DNA of 64,000 nucleotides from NCBI GenBank assembly GCA_017451585.1, contig JAFTOC010000068.1:10059-74058 (forward strand), given 5' to 3'. The notes beneath the pieces are model-generated. The model saw only the letters and a program-made list of their open reading frames with translations, had not been told where the DNA came from and made no database searches. The translations under genes were made by a program, and so were the position numbers. This DNA comes from Clostridia bacterium. Its GTDB lineage: Bacteria > Bacillota > Clostridia > Oscillospirales > CAG-272. Positions 8,715-16,989 of this stretch are shown here, piece after piece. How positions within the stretch are numbered: the first letter of the stretch is position 1; every line of letters starts with the position of its first letter.

Positions 8715-10499
8715 TCAGAGCTTATAGACGGCAATACACTTTTGGTATTCATTTTCAAAATCGACGTCGCCGTGCTTGACACCGGAGAGATACTCGTGGG
8801 TATCAAAGCTTCCCTGCTCGGATTCGATCACTGCAACGGCAATGTTGGAGCAGTGATCGGAAATGCGCTCGTAATTGGTCAGCAGATCGGAGAGCACGAA
8901 GCCCAGCTCAATAGTACAGTATCCGTTCTTCAGACGGGCGATGTGACGGTTCTTGATGTCGGCGATCAGATGGTCAATGACCTGCTCCAGCGGCTCGACT
9001 TTGGCGGCAAGCGCTACGCTGTTCTGATCGTACGCCTCCTCGGTACGGGCAAGAATGTCCGCCAGCGCGCTCTGCACGACGGCGATCTCGCGGTTCGCTT
9101 CGTCGGAGAAGGAGATCTGCTTTTCGTGCATCTCCTCTGCTACCTTCATCAGATTGACGGCATGGTCGCCCAGGCGCTCGAAATTGCCGATGGTGTGCAG
9201 CATTCTCGATACCTGACCGCTGTCGGCATCGGAGATCTCCTTGGCAGAAACCTTGATCAGGAAAGAACCCAGCTTATCTTCATACTTATCCAGTTGATCC
9301 TCGCCCGCAAGCACTTTTTCGCAGCGTTCGGGAGAGTAATCGGAGAGCAGCTGAATCGACTCGCGGAGCGTGGAGCAAGCAATAGCGTTCATCTCCATTG
9401 TCTTGGCGTTACATTCGGAAACTGCAATAGAGGGGGTGTTGAGAAGTCGCTCGTCCAAAAAGACCTCTTCTTCCGTTTCGGGGGAAGCCTTGTCCCTGAT
9501 GAAAAAGCGACCCAATTTTTCCAACTGCTTGGTAAAAGGAAGCAACATCACGGTGTTCAGCACATTAAATACGGTGTGCACGATCGCAATGGTCACGGGC
9601 GTGACATATACACCCTCTCGCATGAAAGGGAAATCAACGAAAATCATCAAACCGTAGAACACCAGCGACCAAACTACGGTACCAATGACCTTAATAGCCA
9701 CGTGTACTACTGCTACGCGGGTAGCGTCCTTCTTGGTAGCACCCAGTGCAGAGATCAGCGCGGTGATACAGGTACCGATGTTCTGACCCATAATGATCGG
9801 GATCGCGGCACCGTAGGGGATTGCAACGGAGATAGACAGTGCCTGCAAAATACCGACCGACGCAGAGGAGGACTGAATGATGGCGGTCAGGACAGTACCG
9901 ACCAAAATACCTACGACAGGATTGGAGAAGGCGATCAACAGATCCGCAAACCACTGCTGTTCACTGAGGAACTCCACCGAATCGCTCATAGTATCCATAC
10001 CCGCCATCAACACTGCAAAACCGATGAGGATGGTAGCTACAGACTTCTTGCGGTTGCTCTTGGACAGCATAATGATGGCAATACCGATCAGCGCCAGAAT
10101 AGGCGTAAAGGAGGAGGGTTTGAGCATCTTGAGCGCAAACTCTGCCACGGGGTTCATTTCACTGCCACCCAGCTCCACGCTGGTCAGCGACAGGATCCAC
10201 GCGGTGACGGTAGTACCGATGTTGGCACCCAAAATAACGCCGATGGTCTGTCCCAGCACCATAACGCCCGAGTTGACCAGACCCACCAGCATAACGGTAG
10301 TGGCAGAGGAAGACTGAATGACGGCAGTGATTCCTAAACCCAAAAGCATTGCTTTTACTTTGTTAGAGGTCATTCCGCGGAGAATCTGCTCCAGCTTACT
10401 GCCTGCCAGCGATTCCAGACCGTTCGACATCACGTTCATTCCGTACAGGAAGAAAGCAAGACCGCCCAACAGTGCAATTACGTTAAAAATCCAATCCAT
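8715..10499 (-). CDS. Na/Pi cotransporter family protein with C-terminal PhoU-like domain (paralog 2)
   Basis: Same architecture as 6733-8481. The C-terminal ~200 aa are nearly identical to paralog 1, while the N-terminal transporter part is more diverged. Confidence 0.9.
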   Translation of the reverse strand: MDWIFNVIALLGGLAFFLYGMNVMSNGLESLAGSKLEQILRGMTSNKVKAMLLGLGITAVIQSSSATTVMLVGLVNSGVMVLGQTIGVILGANIGTTVTAWILSLTSVELGGSEMNPVAEFALKMLKPSSFTPILALIGIAIIMLSKSNRKKSVATILIGFAVLMAGMDTMSDSVEFLSEQQWFADLLIAFSNPVVGILVGTVLTAIIQSSSASVGILQALSISVAIPYGAAIPIIMGQNIGTCITALISALGATKKDATRVAVVHVAIKVIGTVVWSLVFYGLMIFVDFPFMREGVYVTPVTIAIVHTVFNVLNTVMLLPFTKQLEKLGRFFIRDKASPETEEEVFLDERLLNTPSIAVSECNAKTMEMNAIACSTLRESIQLLSDYSPERCEKVLAGEDQLDKYEDKLGSFLIKVSAKEISDADSGQVSRMLHTIGNFERLGDHAVNLMKVAEEMHEKQISFSDEANREIAVVQSALADILARTEEAYDQNSVALAAKVEPLEQVIDHLIADIKNRHIARLKNGYCTIELGFVLSDLLTNYERISDHCSNIAVAVIESEQGSFDTHEYLSGVKHGDVDFENEYQKCIAVYKL

Positions 10500-10562
10500 T
10501 GTTAGCTCCTTAATCAGAACATCAGAATTTTGTACATCCTATTATTCAGTATATCAAATCTA

Positions 10563-10637
10563 TGTAAAATCCAATAGAGCGACTTTGTAAAATCAATGTA
10601 AAATTGTAAAATAATTTTACAAATTTGATTGTAAAAT
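10563..10637 (-). promoter_or_regulatory. array of TGTAAAAT motifs (Pho-box-like TTTACA direct repeats on the gene strand)
   Basis: Copies start at 10563, 10586, 10597, 10605 and 10630, plus one inverted copy at 10615. The pair at 10586/10597 is spaced 11 nt. Confidence 0.45.
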
Positions 10638-10638
10638 A

Positions 10639-10680
10639 CACCTGCCCGTCGGCACGGCTCTGCCGCACGACGGGCAGGTG
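10639..10680 (-). terminator. hairpin terminator downstream of the phosphohexomutase gene
   Basis: 13-bp GC-rich stem cacctgcccgtcg / cgacgggcaggtg with a moderately T-rich tail. Confidence 0.6.
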
Positions 10681-10684
10681 TGGG

Positions 10685-12406
10685 TTATTTAGTCCATTCG
10701 GAAACGCTTGCCTTGAAGGCTTCCATGGTGGAAGCGCAGCAGTTCTTGCACTTGCCGTTGACCAGCAGATAGAGCTTGATCTTAGGCTCGGTGCCGGAAG
10801 GACGGATGACTACCACGTTGCCGCCCTCGGTCATAAAGTAGAGGACGTTGGAGATCGGCAGTCCGGTGGGCTTCTTCTCGCCGGTAAGCAGATCGGTGAT
10901 GGTCTCAGTCTTGTAATCCCGCATCTCGACGACCTTTCTGCCACCCAACTCGGTAGGAGGGTTATTCCGGATGCTCTCCATCAGCGCCTGCATCTTTGCC
11001 TGACCGTCCAGACCCTTCATGGTCACGTTGACGGTTCCCTCGGCATAGTAACCGAACTTCTCGTACATGGCGATCAGTGCGTCGTAGAGGGTCATACCCT
11101 GCTTCTTGTAGTAAGCCGCCATTTCTGCGATGAGCATGGATGCTACCACGGCGTCCTTATCCCGGGCGTAGGTACCCTTCAGATAGCCGTAGGACTCCTC
11201 AAAGCCGAAGAGATAGTGTCCGTCGCCCACGTCGTCGTGGTTCTTGATGACCTCGCCGATGAACTTAAAGCCGGTGAGGACGTTGTAGATGTCCACGCCG
11301 TGAGACTGACAGATCTTGGTCGCCAGCTCGGTGGTGACGATGGTCTTGACCGCGTAGGGTCCCTCGGGCATGGTGCCGGTGTTCTCATAGGCGGTGAGGA
11401 TATAGTCCAGCAGAAGCGCACCCACCTGATTGCCGGTCATGCAGACGAACTCGCCCTCGGAGTTCCGCGCCATAATGCCGCAACGGTCGGCGTCGGGGTC
11501 GGTGGCGATGACCAGGTCGGAGCCCACCTTCTTCGCCAGCTCTGCGCCCAGCGCAAGGCTCTCGGGGTATTCCGGGTTAGGAGATGCCACCGAGGGGAAG
11601 TTGCCGTCCAGCACCATCTGCTGCCAAACGGTGTAAAGGTGTTTCACACCGCACAGGCGGAGCACTTCGGGAACCAGTCGGTAGCCGGTGCCGTGAAGAG
11701 GCGTGTAGACGATCTTCAGCTCGTCTGCAACGGCGGGAATGGCGTTCATGTCTACCCGCTGTGCGGTGACGTTGGCGATGAAGGCGTCGTCGATCTCGGC
11801 GCCCACGATCTCGATCCTGCCGTCGGCAACGGCTTCGTCAAAATCCGCACGCTTGACGCCGGTGAGCAGGTCGGTGGCGGCGATATACGAGGAAACCAAG
11901 TCAGCCTGCTCCAGAGAAAGCTGTGCGCCATCCTCCCAGTAAGCTTTGTAGCCGTTATACTCCTTGGGATTGTGGGACGCGGTGATGTTCACACCGCCGA
12001 TGCAGTGCAGCTCGCGGATGGCGAAGGACAGCACGGGCGTAGGACGGAGCGCGTCAAAGAAATAGACCTTGATGCCGTTTGCCGCCAGTACCTCGGCGGT
12101 GATTCTGGCAAAAAGCTCGCTGTTGTTGCGGGAGTCTCTGCCGATAACCACACCCCGCTCCGCCGCGCCCTCGCGGAGGATCAGGTTGGCAAAGCCCTGG
12201 GTGGCGTGGGCAACGGTATAGGGATTCATGGCGTTGGTGCCCGCCATCATGGTGCCGCGCAGACCGCCAGTGCCGAAGGCAAGCAGTCCGATAAAGCGGA
12301 ATTTGATCTCCTCTTCGTTGTCCTTGATAGCAAGCAATTCGGCTTTGGTCGCCTCGTCGATGAGGTCGGAGGAAAGCCAGCTCTCGTAAGTTTCTCTGTA
12401 ATTCAT
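10685..12406 (-). CDS. phospho-sugar mutase (phosphoglucomutase/phosphomannomutase family)
   Basis: Active-site loop ITASHNPKEYNGYK, metal-binding ATDPDADR, 573 aa. Confidence 0.9.
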   Translation of the reverse strand: MNYRETYESWLSSDLIDEATKAELLAIKDNEEEIKFRFIGLLAFGTGGLRGTMMAGTNAMNPYTVAHATQGFANLILREGAAERGVVIGRDSRNNSELFARITAEVLAANGIKVYFFDALRPTPVLSFAIRELHCIGGVNITASHNPKEYNGYKAYWEDGAQLSLEQADLVSSYIAATDLLTGVKRADFDEAVADGRIEIVGAEIDDAFIANVTAQRVDMNAIPAVADELKIVYTPLHGTGYRLVPEVLRLCGVKHLYTVWQQMVLDGNFPSVASPNPEYPESLALGAELAKKVGSDLVIATDPDADRCGIMARNSEGEFVCMTGNQVGALLLDYILTAYENTGTMPEGPYAVKTIVTTELATKICQSHGVDIYNVLTGFKFIGEVIKNHDDVGDGHYLFGFEESYGYLKGTYARDKDAVVASMLIAEMAAYYKKQGMTLYDALIAMYEKFGYYAEGTVNVTMKGLDGQAKMQALMESIRNNPPTELGGRKVVEMRDYKTETITDLLTGEKKPTGLPISNVLYFMTEGGNVVVIRPSGTEPKIKLYLLVNGKCKNCCASTMEAFKASVSEWTK

Positions 12407-12451
12407 TGGTATACCCTCTCTGATAGAATGTGATTTGCTTTGGGTGATGAT

Positions 12452-12700
12452 TTATTCTGCCGCCTCGCGAAGTGCCTTTGCAAGCTGATCGGGACAGGAC
12501 GTGCCTCTGCCGCGACAATCAATGCCCGACAGCTTTGCAATAGCGTCCTCCACCTTCATACCGGTGACCAGAGCCGCAACGCCCTGAGTATTGCCGTGGC
12601 AACCGCCCACGAAGGCGCAGGAGGTGATCACGCCGTCCTCCACCTCGATATGGATCTCGCGGGAGCACACTCCGCTGGTTTTGTAACTGATCTGTTTCAT
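12452..12700 (-). CDS. TSCPD-domain small protein (TIGR03905-like)
   Basis: 82 aa ending in GTSCPDQLAKAL, with conserved Cys residues. Confidence 0.75.
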   Translation of the reverse strand: MKQISYKTSGVCSREIHIEVEDGVITSCAFVGGCHGNTQGVAALVTGMKVEDAIAKLSGIDCRGRGTSCPDQLAKALREAAE

Positions 12701-12739
12701 TTTCTTAATCCTTTCCGGCAGGAAGCCTGCCCGGTAATT

Positions 12740-13621
12740 TTAATACAGTAATTCTCTTTCTGCCTCGGCGGGCAGGATCAGCTCGGGATAAAATCCCGTC
12801 ACGGTGGAACGGGACCATCCAAGCTCCAAATAATAGGTCAGCGCCGTGACGTCGGCGTTTTGCACCCGTAGCGTCAGCTCGTAGGTAACGGCTTCCGCGC
12901 CCGGCAGGGTTCGGCACCCCTCCGGTCGGGCGCCGAAGGCTTGACAGGCAAACAGCAGCTCCCACAGTTGTTCTTCTCCGGGAACCACCCGCAGCTTCAG
13001 GCGGTCTGCACCGACCAATCTGCAGGGAGATGCGGACAGGAGCGCGAAACGGATATGCTCCTCCTCCGAAAGCTCCAGATGGCAGACCAAAACGGTAAAG
13101 AGACCGTAACGGTCGATGAGCTGTACGAAGCGGTTCATCACGCCGTCCCTGGCGCTCTCTATGGGAAGCACGCAGAAATCATAGCGTCCTTCCGCGGTAC
13201 CCTCGCAGGCGTCGGAATAGTCTTCCGCATCGGTTGCCTCTCCGCCTCCCAGCAGATCGGTAACGCTGTGCAGAACCCGTCCTGCGTAGGGATTTTGAAA
13301 ATAGGCAATGACGGGATGGGCGGATCGGTAGAGCGGAACGCCCTGCCCGGAATCTTGATCGGACAGCGCACGGCACAGCTCCAAGCGGGTCAGCAAAGAC
13401 GTGGCACGGAGCATCGTATCGGCTGGCGTACGCCCTTCCTGTCGCTCCTCAAATTCGCTGTACAGAGTGGTGAGCGTCTGCTCCTGCTCCTCGCCGCCCT
13501 CCATCCGCTTGCGCAGACACTCTGCCAGATCGGCAAGATGGGAGCGCCGAAGCTTCAACACGTCGGCAAGCAGACGGTCGGCGTCCGCGAGATTCTCGGC
13601 AATGACGGTCAGCTCATCCAT
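12740..13621 (-). CDS. hypothetical protein, weakly prephenate-dehydratase/ACT-like
   Basis: 293 aa. The segment YDFCVLPIESARDGVMNRF resembles the PDT motif (VPIENS..G.V), but this is not a confident match. Starts 3 nt after the htpG stop. Confidence 0.4.
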   Translation of the reverse strand: MDELTVIAENLADADRLLADVLKLRRSHLADLAECLRKRMEGGEEQEQTLTTLYSEFEERQEGRTPADTMLRATSLLTRLELCRALSDQDSGQGVPLYRSAHPVIAYFQNPYAGRVLHSVTDLLGGGEATDAEDYSDACEGTAEGRYDFCVLPIESARDGVMNRFVQLIDRYGLFTVLVCHLELSEEEHIRFALLSASPCRLVGADRLKLRVVPGEEQLWELLFACQAFGARPEGCRTLPGAEAVTYELTLRVQNADVTALTYYLELGWSRSTVTGFYPELILPAEAERELLY

Positions 13622-13624
13622 GGC

Positions 13625-15484
13625 TTACAGGTTCTCCAAAGCGCCTGCCAAGGTCTGATAGCTCTGCTTCAGGAAGGACTTCAACTCCTCAGCGGTGAGC
13701 TGTCTTTGCGCCAGCAGGGACAGCGACCAGATCTGCATCGCCGCGCTCTCGCGGGCGCCATTGTCGCTGACCTCTGCCAGCTTGCGGATCAGCGGAGAGT
13801 TAGCGTTGAGCACCAGCGTCGCCTCGGTCATGGCGGGCATCGCAAAGGACTCGCCTCGGCTGTAGTAGCGCATCATGTCCTCGTAACGTCTGGACTGCTC
13901 GGACAGATTGAGCAGTGCGGGAATGCTCTCGTCGGCAAGGGATTCGAAGGTGACCTTCAATTTGTCGTTGCCGCTGACCTTTTTGAAAAGTTCCTCGAGT
14001 GCGGCGTTCTCCACGACCTCGCCGTCGCCCTTCAGTGCGTCGGCAATGTCGGCATCAATGCGGAGGAATTTGCATTTTTTGCTGTCCTCGATGAGTCCCA
14101 TGTACTGCATTTCCAGCGGACCGCTGAGCAGATAGACGCGGATCCCTCTCTCTTCAAAGAGAGAAACGTACTGCGCCTGAGAGACCTTATCGGTAGCGTA
14201 GTAGAGCTTGCCCTCGTGGGTCTCTTTCGCCGCTTCCAGCGCCTCGTCCACAGTCTCGTACTTGCCGTCCTCGGTGAGGGGGAGCAGGAGGGAGGAAGCC
14301 ACGCGGTCATAGAATTTGCGGTCTCTGAGACAGCCGTATTCCACGAAGAGCTTGATATCATTCCAAAAGCCCTCGTACTTCTCGCGCTCGGTATTGAACA
14401 GCGAGTTCAGCTTATCCGCTACCTTCTTGACGATGTGTGCAGAGATCTTGGAAACGTAACCGCTGTTTTGCAAATAGGAGCGAGAGACGTTCAGGGGTAG
14501 CTCGGGGCAATCCAGCACTCCGCGAAGCATCAGAAGGTACTCGGGAATGACCTCCTTGATGTTGTCGGCAACGAAGACCTGATTGTAGTAGAGCTTGACC
14601 TGTCCTTCCATGTTGTCGTATTCACTGCGCAGGGGCGGGAAATAGAGGATGCCCTTGAAATTCAGCGGATAATCGGCGTTCAGGTGGATCCAGAAGAGAG
14701 GTTCGCGGAAATCGCCGAAGACCTGACGGTAGAAGGCTTTGTACTCCTCGTCGGTACACTCGGAGGCAAGACGCATCCACAGCGGCTGGGTGTCGTTGAC
14801 GGGCTCGGGGGGCAGAGGATTGCCTTCCTCGTCCTTTTTCGGCTCGCTGCCGTCTTCGAAGAAGATGGCAACCGGCATGAAGGCGCAGTATTTGTCCAGC
14901 ACCGCGCGGACGTTTGCCGATTCCAGATACTCCTTCCCTTCCTCGGACAGGTGCATAACTACGGAAGTACCGCGAGAGCGATCCTCCGCGCCCTCCAAGG
15001 TATAGGAGCCCGCCTCGTCGCAGGTCCAGTGAACCGCAGGCGCGTCGGTATAAGACTTCGACCACACCTCTACGGTGTCGGCGACCATAAACGCCGAGTA
15101 GAAGCCCAGACCGAAGTGACCGATGATACCGCTCTTATCGTCGCCCTTTTCGTATTTTTCAATAAACTCCATCGCGCCCGACAGAGCGATGTTGCAGATG
15201 TACTTTTCCAGCTCCTCTGCCGACATACCGATGCCGTTATCGGTGACGGTCAGCGTCTTCTCGTCCTTGTCCAGCGTGACGGTGATCTTGTACGCCTCGT
15301 CGTCCTCTTCAAACTGCCCGAGGGAGGCAAGCCGTTTGAGCTTGGTCACCGCGTCACAGGCGTTGGAGACGATCTCACGCAGGAAGATCTCCTTTTCGGA
15401 GTAGAGCCATTTTTTGATGACGGGGAAAATGTGCTCGGTCTCGACCGAGATCCCGCCGTTTTTTGGGGTGAATTCGTTTTGCAT
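13625..15484 (-). CDS. htpG: molecular chaperone HtpG (Hsp90 family)
   Basis: GHKL ATPase N-terminus EKEIFLREIVSNACDA..DNGIGM..GHFGLGFYS. Start taken at MQNEF. Confidence 0.9.
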   Translation of the reverse strand: MQNEFTPKNGGISVETEHIFPVIKKWLYSEKEIFLREIVSNACDAVTKLKRLASLGQFEEDDEAYKITVTLDKDEKTLTVTDNGIGMSAEELEKYICNIALSGAMEFIEKYEKGDDKSGIIGHFGLGFYSAFMVADTVEVWSKSYTDAPAVHWTCDEAGSYTLEGAEDRSRGTSVVMHLSEEGKEYLESANVRAVLDKYCAFMPVAIFFEDGSEPKKDEEGNPLPPEPVNDTQPLWMRLASECTDEEYKAFYRQVFGDFREPLFWIHLNADYPLNFKGILYFPPLRSEYDNMEGQVKLYYNQVFVADNIKEVIPEYLLMLRGVLDCPELPLNVSRSYLQNSGYVSKISAHIVKKVADKLNSLFNTEREKYEGFWNDIKLFVEYGCLRDRKFYDRVASSLLLPLTEDGKYETVDEALEAAKETHEGKLYYATDKVSQAQYVSLFEERGIRVYLLSGPLEMQYMGLIEDSKKCKFLRIDADIADALKGDGEVVENAALEELFKKVSGNDKLKVTFESLADESIPALLNLSEQSRRYEDMMRYYSRGESFAMPAMTEATLVLNANSPLIRKLAEVSDNGARESAAMQIWSLSLLAQRQLTAEELKSFLKQSYQTLAGALENL

Positions 15485-15596
15485 ATTCTTTATACCTTTC
15501 CGACGACAAAATTTCTTTACGGGGATGTCCAAACTTTACCGTCGTCTATCACGGACTGCATTGCAGACTTCGTCTGCAAACAAATATCCATTTTTT

Positions 15597-15625
15597 ATTG
15601 TACCCCATTTTGATCCGTTTGTCAA
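15597..15625 (-). promoter_or_regulatory. consensus sigma-70 promoter upstream of htpG
   Basis: Minus strand TTGACA-17 nt-TACAAT. Confidence 0.65.
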
Positions 15626-15835
15626 TCACCCGCGCGGAAGATTTACAAAAAATATGCAGTCATTTGACCCGTCGCCAGTTTCGGACGCCGACGCCGATCT
15701 TGCATATACTGGAAGCAGATGAACTTTTTGTAAATTCACCTGCAGATGTTTAAGCTTCCCTCTCCCGTGGAAAAACTATGGACAGAAGGCAACTGCCCCA
15801 AAATCATGAACGTACCTTTGAAAGGATGATCCATT

Positions 15836-16294
15836 ATGACCGTCAAACGCGGCGATATATATTACGCAGATCTCTCCCCCGTAGTAGGCTCAGAGCAAGG
15901 CGGACTCCGGCCCGTACTTATTATTCAGAATGACGTGGGCAACCGCTACTCCCCGACGGTAATCGCCGCCGCCATCACCAGCAGGCTGACTAAATCCCGT
16001 CTGCCTACGCACATCGACGTTGCCCGCTCCGCCACCGTGGACGGTGAATCGCTGGGGCTGGCAAGAGACTCGGTGATCCTGCTGGAGCAAATCCGTACTC
16101 TGGATAAGCGTCGGCTGAGAGAAAAAATGGGACATCTGGACGAGCGGCTGATGCAACAGGTCAACGACGCCATCGTAGTTTCCTTCGGGCTGATGCCCGA
16201 TGGCAAGCATCATCCGACCACCGAGACGCATCCGCCGCAGGTAGCCGTCGCGGCGGAGCTTCGTCCGCCCGAAGATCCCAAGACCTTCGGCTGA
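15836..16294 (+). CDS. mazF: MazF/PemK-family endoribonuclease toxin with a ~35-aa C-terminal extension
   Basis: [42 protein letters not shown] is the canonical MazF/EndoA core. Confidence 0.85.
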   Translation: MTVKRGDIYYADLSPVVGSEQGGLRPVLIIQNDVGNRYSPTVIAAAITSRLTKSRLPTHIDVARSATVDGESLGLARDSVILLEQIRTLDKRRLREKMGHLDERLMQQVNDAIVVSFGLMPDGKHHPTTETHPPQVAVAAELRPPEDPKTFG

Positions 16295-16295
16295 G

Positions 16296-16341
16296 ACCGA
16301 TTTCCCGAAAAATCGTCGGTTTTTCGGGAAATCGGTATTTT
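16296..16341 (+). terminator. intrinsic terminator after mazF
   Basis: accgatttcccgaaaaa / tttttcgggaaatcggt stem followed by atttt. Confidence 0.85.
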
Positions 16342-16419
16342 CCCCTTGCATTTTCCGCACAAATGCGCTACAATAAGGTATACTTGTACATTGTATGCGG
16401 AAAAGGAGGGATTCAGAAC

Positions 16420-16989
16420 GTGCTGATCGTCAGTACCGATACGGTTTTTGCCGAAGCTTTGCAGATCACGTTGCGTCAAGCAGGGATCAACACCGTTATC
16501 GCAAACTCCCTCCCCGCTCGTCCCGATGAAGACGAGCCGCTGATCGTAGATCTGGACTGCATTCCGCCCACCCTCCGTTTGCCCCCGTCTGCCGTGACCT
16601 TCTCCCGCTCTCCTGATCGAAACGCCGATTTCGTGCGTCCTTTTCTGCTGAGGGAGCTGACCGCACGCCTTCTTGCCGATGCCGATGCTACCGCCGCGCG
16701 CTCCCGAAAGTCGGACGCGCCCTTCCTGCGACTGACCGGGGACGGCGTTCTCCTGCAGGGCAGACCCGTAGCGCTCAGCCCTGCCGAGCGCACTCTGCTG
16801 GCTCTGCTGATGGAGACACCCGGTAAGTGCGTACCCACCAAGGTCATCGACGGTTTATGGGAGGAAAAAGGCGGTAATACCACCGCCGTCTACATCCGTT
16901 ATCTGCGCAAAAAGCTGGACGAGCCTACGGGGCTTCGTCTGATCCGAACCGTTCGCGGAAGGGGGTATTGCTTGTGTCTGCCCGAGTAA
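16420..16989 (+). CDS. atypical response-regulator-like protein with OmpR/PhoB winged-helix output domain
   Basis: The C-terminus LSPAERTLLALLME..VYIRYLRKKLD..IRTVRGRGY is a Trans_reg_C motif set, and the N-terminal receiver looks shortened or degenerate. GTG start behind AAGGAGGG is preferred over the ORF-track start at 16363. Confidence 0.7.
   Translation: MLIVSTDTVFAEALQITLRQAGINTVIANSLPARPDEDEPLIVDLDCIPPTLRLPPSAVTFSRSPDRNADFVRPFLLRELTARLLADADATAARSRKSDAPFLRLTGDGVLLQGRPVALSPAERTLLALLMETPGKCVPTKVIDGLWEEKGGNTTAVYIRYLRKKLDEPTGLRLIRTVRGRGYCLCLPE

Noticed and set aside
8634-10337. 567-aa plus-strand ORF (and the similar 7360-8409 ORF) opposite the Na/Pi transporter genes
   Set aside because: These are mirror ORFs antisense to genes with clear family motifs. 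Their translations are low-complexity (Gly/Arg/His/Gln/Asp-rich) with no RBS. This is a typical high-GC shadow frame.
10625-12433. 602-aa plus-strand ORF
   Set aside because: It is exactly antisense to the phosphohexomutase gene, which carries the TASHNP active-site loop. It has no motifs of its own.
15485-15835. CIRCE or CtsR operator upstream of htpG
   Set aside because: No TTAGCACTC-N9-GAGTGCTAA element is present. Only a single GGTCAAA heptad is present (near 15665), not the tandem pair CtsR needs, and it lies upstream of the -35 box.
15778-15935. Upstream ORF as a MazE-type antitoxin
   Set aside because: The ATG at 15778 opens a frame that is out of frame with mazF and reads through the mazF 5' region. 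It has no RHH/AbrB-like sequence and no RBS.
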